DNA of 64,000 nt from an uncultured Candidatus Saccharibacteria bacterium (GTDB lineage: Bacteria; Patescibacteriota; Minisyncoccia; Phycocordibacterales; UBA2100): the NCBI GenBank assembly GCA_964399865.1, contig CAYNRJ010000001.1, forward strand, positions 266,050-330,049, in the 5' to 3' direction. Under the pieces are notes generated by a model. The model did no database searches and had not been told where the DNA came from. It saw only the letters and a list, made by a program, of their open reading frames with translations. Position numbers and translations under genes: made by a program. Positions 46,185 to 54,466 of the stretch are shown here, in pieces (the first letter of the stretch is position 1; every line of letters begins with the position of its first letter).

Positions 46185-48020
46185 CTATCTACTGCCGCCA
46201 CCAACGATTTCCTTAACTTTTGCAGCGATTCGCTTTGCTGAAATACCCTCAAACTCCAACAATTCCTCAGGTTTGCCGCTTCGCGGTATCTTTTCAACCG
46301 CAAGTGAATGAACCTTATGTCCAAAAGGGGCAAGAGCTCCGGCAACAGCTTCTCCAAGTCCCCCTTCGATGTGGTGATCTTCAACAGTAAGGATGACTCC
46401 TGTTTCTTTGACACACGTTTGGAGCGTCTTTAAATCAAGTGGTTTAACGCTATAGAGATCCACAACTCGGGCAGATATATTTTCTTTTTTCAAAAGTTCC
46501 GCCGCAGCGAGAGCTTCGTGGAGCGTGATGCCTGCGCCCAAAATTGTTGCGACATCGTTTGCGCTCTGGCGCAAAATTTTACTTCCTCCTACAGGGAATT
46601 TCTCATCGGCGCCGTACAAGATCGGTGTTTCCTTTCTAGTCGTGCGGATATAGACGATTCCCTTCTCTGTAAGAGCTGCTTCAACAAGTTTCTCGCACGA
46701 GATCGCGTCCGATGGATACAGGACACTGCTTCCAAGGAGTGTCCTGAACGTAGCGATGTCCTCAAGACCCATTTGTGATGCGCCATCTTCCCCAATTGAA
46801 ACCCCCGCATGAGAACCCGCGAAGATAATGTGTGCTTTTGCGTACTGCGCCATGCGGATTTGATCGAATGCTCGCGCGAAGAACGCCGCGAACGTGGACG
46901 CAAACGGAATCTTCCCGCGGCGCCACAAGCCGAGTGCTACTCCCGCCATGTTTTGTTCTGCTATAAACATTTCAAAGAAATTCTTTGGGAACGTCTTTTT
47001 GAATTCATCGGTGTATGTGGAGTTACTTACTTCCGCGTCGACGACGACCATTTCAGGGTTCGCCGGGAAGAGGCGCACGAGCGCATTGCCGTAGGCTTTG
47101 CGCGTCGCAATAAGTTTCCCTTTTTCGTAAGAGATAGGTTTCGCTTGAGCTCGCGCCACATTTTTTTGAGTACGCGCGGATGGCTTTGCCAATTTTTGAG
47201 TAAGTGCGATATCTACTGTTCCTAATTCAGGGAGTGCGAGATCATGTTCTTCTTTTTTAAACACTTTTCCATGCCATCCGTCTTTATTTTCAACAAAAGA
47301 TATGCCCCTGCCTTTGAAGGTCTTTGCAATGATCATGACGGGCTTTTTTGCGCGAGTGGCTTTCTTGAATGCGCTCGTGATCGCGGAGAGTGAGTGTCCA
47401 TCCACCACAATCGCTTCCCACCCAAATGACTCGACACGTTTTTTATACGTCTTGATGTCGTGCCCGAGCATTGTTTCTCTGCTCTGACCAAGACGGTTCA
47501 CATCGATTATTCCGACGATGTTATCGAGCTTGTAGAAAGTCGCTGATGCCATTCCTTCCCATACAGAACCTTCCGCCATTTCACTGTCGCCAAGGAGCAC
47601 GTATGTCTTGTATGGAAGTTTGTCTATATATTTTGCTGCGAGTGCCATCCCAACCCCGACTGAAAGTCCCTGACCGAGAGATCCCGTTGGAACTTCAGTA
47701 AATGGCAAATCCATTGAAGGATGCCCTTCGAGTCGTGAATCAAATTTGCGGAACGTCGCGAGTTCCTCTTTCGGAATGCCGCCCGCGACCGCCCAGAGCG
47801 CATAAAAAAGTGGTGAGGCGTGCCCCTTGGAAAATATCAGTCGATCGTTATTTGGATTCGCTGGATTTTTTACATCAAAGCGAAAAAATCCACCAAAAAA
47901 GAGCACCGCCATAAGGTCGGTCGCGGAAAGTGATGAGGTGAGATGGCCCGAGCCTGCGGCCGTTGTCGAAGTGAGAATGTGATGCCTTAGAACTGCAGCG
48001 ACCCGCTTTAGTTGTGGCAT
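46185..48020 (-). CDS. tkt: transketolase (single-chain, 611 aa)
   Basis: TPP-binding N-terminal (GSGHLTSSLSATDLM, GDSEMAEG), the pyrimidine-binding middle domain and a C-terminal domain. Confidence 0.85.
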   Translation of the reverse strand: MPQLKRVAAVLRHHILTSTTAAGSGHLTSSLSATDLMAVLFFGGFFRFDVKNPANPNNDRLIFSKGHASPLFYALWAVAGGIPKEELATFRKFDSRLEGHPSMDLPFTEVPTGSLGQGLSVGVGMALAAKYIDKLPYKTYVLLGDSEMAEGSVWEGMASATFYKLDNIVGIIDVNRLGQSRETMLGHDIKTYKKRVESFGWEAIVVDGHSLSAITSAFKKATRAKKPVMIIAKTFKGRGISFVENKDGWHGKVFKKEEHDLALPELGTVDIALTQKLAKPSARTQKNVARAQAKPISYEKGKLIATRKAYGNALVRLFPANPEMVVVDAEVSNSTYTDEFKKTFPKNFFEMFIAEQNMAGVALGLWRRGKIPFASTFAAFFARAFDQIRMAQYAKAHIIFAGSHAGVSIGEDGASQMGLEDIATFRTLLGSSVLYPSDAISCEKLVEAALTEKGIVYIRTTRKETPILYGADEKFPVGGSKILRQSANDVATILGAGITLHEALAAAELLKKENISARVVDLYSVKPLDLKTLQTCVKETGVILTVEDHHIEGGLGEAVAGALAPFGHKVHSLAVEKIPRSGKPEELLEFEGISAKRIAAKVKEIVGGGSR

Positions 48021-48072
48021 GGTGACGCCAGTATACCCTACTCTCGGGAATGGAACAGAGGTCTTTGGGAGA

Positions 48073-48630
48073 CTATTTTTCTTCGCCCGGCACAGTTAGT
48101 TTTACTGTGGCGAGGAGGTTTGCGAAGTCAATTCGTATCGGATCTGTTGGCGTCTGGTACGTAACAGAAAACATTACGATACTATCGCCGTGTGCAAATA
48201 CGACACTCTCCCCTTGATACAATCCATCCCATTTGTAACTCACGACCTCAGCGCCATCGCGTTCTGCAACTGCCAGTTCATCGTCAGGAGATAATTGGAA
48301 ATTCGAATTACTTGAGGTGCGTACCCAATTCTCTGCTCCCATACTTCCCAAATAGCGATACACATCAACCGTGATCGCAACAGGACCTTCTCCGTTTTGT
48401 GGGACCGGAAGATTATCTTTATGTATCAGGGTAACTGCTGTATGCGCACTATCAATTGCTCTCTCTGTGAGTTCGTATTGTTTCGGATATTCAAATTCGA
48501 TTCCCTCACTCGTATTTGAGTAGATTTTCGCTCCGAATATAGGCTCTACAACACCAAGTTGCATAAGAACGGCAAGGAGTACGATCGCCCCAAGAAGTCC
48601 ACCGAGCAGCCACAGTATTGGGTTATTCAT
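48073..48630 (-). CDS. hypothetical secreted/membrane-anchored protein
   Basis: N-terminal TM/signal ILWLLGGLLGAIVLLAVLM. No family. Confidence 0.45.
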   Translation of the reverse strand: MNNPILWLLGGLLGAIVLLAVLMQLGVVEPIFGAKIYSNTSEGIEFEYPKQYELTERAIDSAHTAVTLIHKDNLPVPQNGEGPVAITVDVYRYLGSMGAENWVRTSSNSNFQLSPDDELAVAERDGAEVVSYKWDGLYQGESVVFAHGDSIVMFSVTYQTPTDPIRIDFANLLATVKLTVPGEEK

Positions 48631-48639
48631 ATTTATATA

Positions 48640-49383
48640 TTATCGTTTTTTAATTTCAAAAATAAAGGTGTATTCACTTTCCTCCAGTTCTGATCCTCCA
48701 ATTGCTTCTGGAAGAACTTCCGAGAGGGTTATCTCCTCCGCCTCTGTCGTTACTGGTTTCCCGAGTTCGAAGATCTGCGAAGCATCTCCGAGTCCACTCG
48801 TTAACTCCACGCGAAGTCGGACCGTTCCCGCCCAGACACACTGCACAGTACTAGGACAACGACTATCTTCCAAGACTTCGATAGGTTTTATCGTGACGCC
48901 GAGAGCTGTAACTTCTTGATCAATTTTTGCTTCCACATGCTCACCCGTATTGATCAGGGTTATTATCGCATCTACCTCAGTATTTCCTACAACCTGGATG
49001 GCAAGTCGTTTTGAGACATTCTCAAGAAGAGTCGCATAGCCCTTGTCGGACACCATTCGTTCAGCGGACGTTATAGGGTTTTCCTTATTTCGCTCAAATA
49101 TAATAGTGCCGTTTTCGGTACTATAGACCCCTTCTACGGTTTCAACTCCCTCAAAATCCTCGGCGGTTAATCCCGGGAACGCGATAATGAGTAGGTTTGC
49201 GTCAAATCCCTCGATAGGTTGCCCGATATCTTCTATCCCGAGCGTCACGAGGCGGTCTGCAAAGTACTCCTCTTGGGCGCTTACTTCAGGCTCCGGCGTA
49301 TTTCGCTCTCCTGCTGGTAATAAGAAAAAATAGCCTATTGCGGCCAAGATAATGATAATAACTCCAATTGAAAATGGCTTCAT
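48640..49383 (-). CDS. hypothetical secreted protein
   Basis: Signal anchor FSIGVIIIILAAIGYFFLL. No family. Confidence 0.45.
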   Translation of the reverse strand: MKPFSIGVIIIILAAIGYFFLLPAGERNTPEPEVSAQEEYFADRLVTLGIEDIGQPIEGFDANLLIIAFPGLTAEDFEGVETVEGVYSTENGTIIFERNKENPITSAERMVSDKGYATLLENVSKRLAIQVVGNTEVDAIITLINTGEHVEAKIDQEVTALGVTIKPIEVLEDSRCPSTVQCVWAGTVRLRVELTSGLGDASQIFELGKPVTTEAEEITLSEVLPEAIGGSELEESEYTFIFEIKKR

Positions 49384-49435
49384 ACTGTATATGACTGAGT
49401 ACCGTGATAAATATTACAGGAAAACCTCTCGCACC

Positions 49436-50899
49436 TCATGTATCCCTCACTTCGAGAGATGGATCTACCTCCAGGTTTGCCTTGTAGGACTCTCTCATAT
49501 CTCGCGGATCAAAGATAGACTTCTGGACCTCTTTGCCCGCCAACATGTCTGAGATCCTCTTCGCTCCATATATAGAAGGCAAAAGCCCCACCCCGTTGCA
49601 CCCAAGATTGTAGAGTAAAACTGGATTGCATGGTTCGGGACCAACGAGACGGACGCGATTTGTGGTGTAGCCCATGAGACCGTGCCACGCAAACAACTCT
49701 TCCTCCCGATACTCTGTGTAGTACTGATAGGTATTTTTTAAGAAAGTTACGAAATTTTTCAATTCCCTCTTCTTGAACGGATGCTCCCTGCTATATTGGT
49801 GCGCTTCCTCCCACCATTTGTCTAATCCGCCAACACACAGAAGATTCTTTGCGACATTTTCTGCGCTTGGCTGTGCAGGAACTCCTTCTTTCGGCGACAT
49901 ATCAAATGGACGACGAGTAAGGTAGTAATACGGATCATCCGGATCTGCACCTTTTTCTGTGTAATAACTTATCGCTGTCGGAGGTCTGTCCATCGGCTCG
50001 AGAAATCCTGCCATATAGCTCACCTTTCCCATGACGGTGTGGTGAAATTCGGTATCGATATCCGGCCCTGCATTATTTTTTATCTTGATGCGCTTAAACC
50101 CATTGGTGCAGAGGAGCACGCGCTTGGCGTGGATCGTATGCTCGTCTGTATAGAGCATCGCTTCATCGGCTTGCAGCTCAACTTTCGAAACGGGCGTCAT
50201 CTCTCGAATAGAAAAACGGTCGGAATATTTCTCTAGAAGTTTCTCTACTACTTCCTCTGTAAAGACCGCGCTATTCATGCAGCCTTTGTCGTAACAAATG
50301 GCAGCTATGTACGAAGCGTCTTTTGTTTCAAGAAGCGAGGTTATGTATTCTCGCGGGACGAATTGGCACAAGCTGCGATATTCGACCGGGATCGATTCTT
50401 CTTTGACGTCCTCGCCCGACACATAGATACGCTCAACTAATAGACCTCCCGCGGCTCGGAGAGCGTTATCCTTAAGATCAAGAAGCACTTGATCAAGATT
50501 CGTGCATCCCGCATACCCCGTGAAGCGCCACACCGGAACTTTGAGCTGCAGATCTTTTCTGATCTCTTCGAGCAAATCCCATGCGGACTCCACCGCGCCC
50601 TGTCCTCGGGCAGCGAGCTCAAGGCCGAATTCTTCCACAAGACTTGCGAAGGGCCGCTCAAAATAACTCGTGACTTGGCCCGCGTTGTGTCCAGTTGCGC
50701 CGTGAGCAACTTTATCCGCTTCTACGACGAGTACCGAGAACTTTGTGTAGCGAAGAATGAAATACGCGCTCACAATCCCTGCAATTCCACCACCCACGAT
50801 CGCGATGTTCACTTTATGCGGGCGGTCTATCGCCTGTATCGGGCGCGTGCGCTTCAATTGATGTAGCCACGGAGACCGTGGCGCTTGATGATGCTTCAT
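49436..50899 (-). CDS. FAD-dependent oxidoreductase (DAO/glycine-oxidase-like family)
   Basis: N-terminal FAD dinucleotide fold IAIVGGGIAGIVSAY and a C-terminal GxGxxG-like LGCNGVGL. Confidence 0.65.
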   Translation of the reverse strand: MKHHQAPRSPWLHQLKRTRPIQAIDRPHKVNIAIVGGGIAGIVSAYFILRYTKFSVLVVEADKVAHGATGHNAGQVTSYFERPFASLVEEFGLELAARGQGAVESAWDLLEEIRKDLQLKVPVWRFTGYAGCTNLDQVLLDLKDNALRAAGGLLVERIYVSGEDVKEESIPVEYRSLCQFVPREYITSLLETKDASYIAAICYDKGCMNSAVFTEEVVEKLLEKYSDRFSIREMTPVSKVELQADEAMLYTDEHTIHAKRVLLCTNGFKRIKIKNNAGPDIDTEFHHTVMGKVSYMAGFLEPMDRPPTAISYYTEKGADPDDPYYYLTRRPFDMSPKEGVPAQPSAENVAKNLLCVGGLDKWWEEAHQYSREHPFKKRELKNFVTFLKNTYQYYTEYREEELFAWHGLMGYTTNRVRLVGPEPCNPVLLYNLGCNGVGLLPSIYGAKRISDMLAGKEVQKSIFDPRDMRESYKANLEVDPSLEVRDT

Positions 50900-51007
50900 T
50901 GCAGATAAAGTATACCGCGCGAGAAAAGCAGTTCGAAATAAATACGGGGAAAAAGTTAGAGGGATGCGCCGCGTGATTTTTCTTCATTATCGTTATACTA
51001 TTCCAGC

Positions 51008-52051
51008 ATGAACGCTGCTTTCACGATCGGTCAGAGAATATTCTTTTTTGCACTTCTATTTGGTGCCAGCGCATTCTTTCTTTGGATGGTCCGTGACTAC
51101 CTATTCCCTGTATTTTGGGCGATAGTGTTTTCTCTCCTACTGCACCCTGTATACGCGAGGCTCCAAAGGAAAATGAACGACACATTTGCTTCAGCACTTA
51201 CAATGGTTTTTGCACTTATCGTGGTTGTCCTCCCAGTATCTCTCCTTGCGACCCAGATCGCGCAGGAAGCATTTTCCTTATATCGCTCGCTTTCAGAAAG
51301 CTCATTCCTTTCTTCATTTACGTTACCTGAACCTATCTCCCACCTCATCGGCATATTTGGATATGACACCGATAACATACAGACAGATGTGAGCGCGTGG
51401 ATTAGTGCAGCGAGTGCGTGGATATTTTCCGAGGCTGTTGCTATCAGCTCAGCGACATTCACTGTCATCATTAAAACGCTCTTCATGCTCTACCTCCTCT
51501 TTTTCTTCCTTCGTGACGGAGAGAAACTCGGTCACTATGTCATGCACCGTTTACCGCTTGGCGATGCGAAAGAGAACGCACTATTTGTTCGATTCGCTTC
51601 TACAACACGCGCGATGATGAAAGGCACGATAGTTGTTGCCCTCATTCAAGGCGTCATCGGTGGAATTCTTTTCTGGATAGCAGGAGTTCCGAATCCAGTT
51701 CTTTGGGGCGCAGTCATGGCATTCGTTTCTGTGATCCCTGCAGTCGGACCATTTATTGTATGGCTCCCTGCCGGACTTTTCCTTCTCCTCACAGGTCAGT
51801 TCGTTCCCGCGCTCATTATTTTGATTGGTGGTGGCGTAGTGATAAGTTCCGTTGATAACATCCTTCGACCAATTCTTGTTGGCCGCGACACTTCGATGCC
51901 GGACGCTCTCATTTTCATTGCCATCCTCGGAGGCATTAGCGTGTTCGGTCTTACCGGCGTCATCATTGGCCCAGTTATCGCGGCTCTCGTAATTACAATT
52001 TGGGATCTATTCGCAAAAGAGTTCAAAAAAGAATTGACGGCGCAAGGATAG
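51008..52051 (+). CDS. AI-2E family transporter (PerM/YdiK-like, UPF0118)
   Basis: 8-TM protein with the conserved AI-2E core (PAVGPFIVWLPAGL). Confidence 0.7.
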   Translation: MNAAFTIGQRIFFFALLFGASAFFLWMVRDYLFPVFWAIVFSLLLHPVYARLQRKMNDTFASALTMVFALIVVVLPVSLLATQIAQEAFSLYRSLSESSFLSSFTLPEPISHLIGIFGYDTDNIQTDVSAWISAASAWIFSEAVAISSATFTVIIKTLFMLYLLFFFLRDGEKLGHYVMHRLPLGDAKENALFVRFASTTRAMMKGTIVVALIQGVIGGILFWIAGVPNPVLWGAVMAFVSVIPAVGPFIVWLPAGLFLLLTGQFVPALIILIGGGVVISSVDNILRPILVGRDTSMPDALIFIAILGGISVFGLTGVIIGPVIAALVITIWDLFAKEFKKELTAQG

Positions 52052-52167
52052 GTAGTTTGACAATCCCCTTTTCTTTCAGCATAGTGTGAACAGTGCCGTG
52101 CGCTACAGCGGCTTTAATTAAATGTAGCGATCCCGCAACGCTCCAAACCAAGAAAATGGGGTAAGCA

Positions 52168-52806
52168 ATGTTAGAGACCAGTGGGGTTGTACGCCCCCTC
52201 ATTGAATCCATCTGCGTCTTCAGTGGATCCGCGCTCGGGAACGATCCCGCGTTCGAACGGGACGCCAAGGAGATCGGGCGCATCATCGCCCTGTCGAAGA
52301 GCCGCCTCATCTACGGCGGTGGCGAGATCGGCCTGATGGGTGCTTCCAGCCTGAGCGCCCACGAGCACGGAGGGAAGGTTTTCGGCATCATGCCGCGATT
52401 CCTCGTTGAGCGTGAGGGCTTCCCGCATTACGGGGAGCAGATCCTCGTCGATGACATGCACGAGAGGAAGCGCAGGATGTACGAGGAGTCGGATGCCTTC
52501 CTCGTCCTTCCTGGCGGCATTGGGACGCTCGAAGAGGCCGTCGAGATCATGACGTGGAGGCAGCTCGGCAGGCATCAGAAGCCGGTCGTCTTCCTCAACA
52601 CGAACGGGTTCTGGAACCCGTTCTGTGAACTCATCGGGCAGATGGCTCAGAGCGGGTTCATCAACTATCCCGGCAAGGTGGTTCGCCTCGAGATGGTGGC
52701 CCACGTCGACCAGGTACTGCCGAGTATGTTCGCGCAGATCGACAGCAGGGGGCTGGAAGCGGCCAACGACGTCGACGAGACCACGCGTCTTCTCGCCAAG
52801 ACCTAG
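52168..52806 (+). CDS. LOG-family protein (nucleotide 5'-monophosphate phosphoribohydrolase / Rossmann TIGR00730-like)
   Basis: GGGEIGLMGA and PGGIGTLEE signature motifs. GC-rich relative to its flanks. Confidence 0.75.
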   Translation: MLETSGVVRPLIESICVFSGSALGNDPAFERDAKEIGRIIALSKSRLIYGGGEIGLMGASSLSAHEHGGKVFGIMPRFLVEREGFPHYGEQILVDDMHERKRRMYEESDAFLVLPGGIGTLEEAVEIMTWRQLGRHQKPVVFLNTNGFWNPFCELIGQMAQSGFINYPGKVVRLEMVAHVDQVLPSMFAQIDSRGLEAANDVDETTRLLAKT

Positions 52807-52937
52807 GTCATCGTAAGTTGCGACCAACGCCAACGAGGCTCCGGGTTTACTCGGAGCCTCTTCATTTTTTATGAACTTTTACATTCCCGTGAATTTGTGG
52901 TATTAAACCACTCTCACTCTCTCGGGAAAGGAGAAGG

Positions 52938-53480
52938 ATGATGAGCAATCACTCCAATGCTCTCCCTCCCGCACCACCGGGAAAGGAGACGATCTTTAGC
53001 TATCTTCTGAACGCTTTCCTTTTCGTCTGCGCTTTCTATGCGCAGAAAAGACTGGCGTTCTCGTATCGGAATTTCCGCGTCGGAGCTGCGTGCATCGCAA
53101 GGCGTAGTAACAAGCCGTGGTGGACGGGTCGGAGGTATCGACTCTTCATCGCAGGCAACACGCAAGCGAAGCCCGGATGGCATCCGGAAAAATCGTGCTC
53201 CGAGAAGAAATTGATGAAGAAGGCCGAGAAGGCCGGCTTCGACAAGATCCTCGTGATCGCGATCGTGGCACCGGGACAATCCGACGACCACAGCGGCGTG
53301 TACTGGGGAGCTTTGATCCCTTGCGGTCACTGCCGCCTCGAATTCTCGAGCCATGTCGACAACGGCGGGCCCGTGAAAAGGGACACGCGTATTATCGCGT
53401 TCAACCTTGAGACGTGGCGGTGCGTGCGGATTACCGTCGCTGATCTTGCAGGATTGCGGAACGAATTCCGCGCTGACTAA
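52938..53480 (+). CDS. cytidine/deoxycytidylate-deaminase-fold zinc protein
   Basis: FRVGAACIA, then H-P-E (the HxE zinc/catalytic motif), then PCGHCR. Resembles homotetrameric CDA. GC-rich. The start is uncertain. Confidence 0.55.
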   Translation: MMSNHSNALPPAPPGKETIFSYLLNAFLFVCAFYAQKRLAFSYRNFRVGAACIARRSNKPWWTGRRYRLFIAGNTQAKPGWHPEKSCSEKKLMKKAEKAGFDKILVIAIVAPGQSDDHSGVYWGALIPCGHCRLEFSSHVDNGGPVKRDTRIIAFNLETWRCVRITVADLAGLRNEFRAD

Positions 53481-53481
53481 T

Positions 53482-53515
53482 CGGGGCGACCTTTCGAGGC
53501 CGCCCCGTTCGCTTT
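53482..53515. terminator. bidirectional hairpin (cggggcgacc tttcga ggccgccccg) between the converging deaminase and folA genes
   Basis: Read directly from the sequence. Confidence 0.4.
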
Positions 53516-54020
53516 ATTCCCTCTCCAGATCTACGTATTTATATTTGATCCCGTTCCACTCGTGCTCTTCTTCAAATACTTTTTTCGTAAATTCAGTTTC
53601 GTAGGGTGGGAAGAAAATGTTCGCGTCTTTTGATTCTGCGTCGATCAGAGTGAGGTACAGTTTGTCGACAAGTGGGAGCGCCTGCCTGTATATTTCTCCC
53701 CCACCACCGATATGGATCTCTTCACTATCAAGCGGCGTCGCAATCTCAATCGCTTTTTGAATTGAGTCGGTGACGATAACTCCATCATATTTCCAGGACG
53801 GGTCACGCGTCACGACAATATTTGTACGCTCAGGAAGCGGGCCGCCCACGTACCCGACGATAGATTCAAACGTCTTGCGCCCCATGATAATGGGATGACC
53901 TTTCGTGAGTTCCTTGAAGCGTTTTAAATCCTCCGGAATGTGCCAGAGCAATTTCTCATCCTTCCCGAGCTCGCGATTCTTCCCTATCGCCACAACCACA
54001 CAGATCCGCGGCTTCTTCAT
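53514..54020 (-). CDS. folA: dihydrofolate reductase
   Basis: ICVVVAIGKNRELGKDEKLLWHIPEDLKRFKELT and IMGRKTFES, the classic DHFR pattern. Confidence 0.85.
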   Translation of the reverse strand: MKKPRICVVVAIGKNRELGKDEKLLWHIPEDLKRFKELTKGHPIIMGRKTFESIVGYVGGPLPERTNIVVTRDPSWKYDGVIVTDSIQKAIEIATPLDSEEIHIGGGGEIYRQALPLVDKLYLTLIDAESKDANIFFPPYETEFTKKVFEEEHEWNGIKYKYVDLERE

Positions 54021-54047
54021 CCATTTACTATATCATTTTCCACCCTG

Positions 54048-54072
54048 TGCAATGAGGCGTCGCCTCATTGCA
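54048..54072. repeat. REP-like perfect palindrome tgcaatgaggcgtcgcctcattgca
   Basis: Same family as the element at 38354. Overlaps the 3' end of the membrane-protein gene. Confidence 0.5.
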
Positions 54073-54466
54073 CCTTGCGCGAAGCGATGGCAATGATGAT
54101 TACGCTGACGACTACGTAGAGAGCACTCAGCCATTGGAATACCTGCTCGGGATATGGAGAGAAGAAATCGCCGGAGCCGGGCTCAGGATAGAAGACGAAA
54201 ATGAGCGCCGCGATTGGAACGAACCAGATCGCAAATTTCTTCCACGCCCTGAATGCTTGCGGAACGAAATAGAGGAGCGCAAAGACCAATGCCAACGCCC
54301 CCATGCCGTAGAAAAGACCCTTCCCCAACCTAACCAGCATTTCTCCGGTAATACCCGGGGATATGTTTGATTGGAGTATCAAGAAACCAGTTATTAGTCC
54401 TACTAAAGAAAGCCCTCCGGACAAGAGAATTCTATTCTTCATGGAAAAATTATATCGCATTTTCAA
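54065..54466 (-). CDS. hypothetical 4-TM membrane protein
   Basis: Hydrophobic 133-aa ORF. Confidence 0.4.
   Translation of the reverse strand: MKMRYNFSMKNRILLSGGLSLVGLITGFLILQSNISPGITGEMLVRLGKGLFYGMGALALVFALLYFVPQAFRAWKKFAIWFVPIAALIFVFYPEPGSGDFFSPYPEQVFQWLSALYVVVSVIIIAIASRKVQ

Noticed and set aside
52171-53354. Long antisense ORFs (220 aa and 146 aa) opposite the LOG and deaminase genes
   Set aside because: The high local GC suppresses stop codons on all frames. The sense-strand proteins have clear LOG and CDA motifs, and the antisense translations have none.
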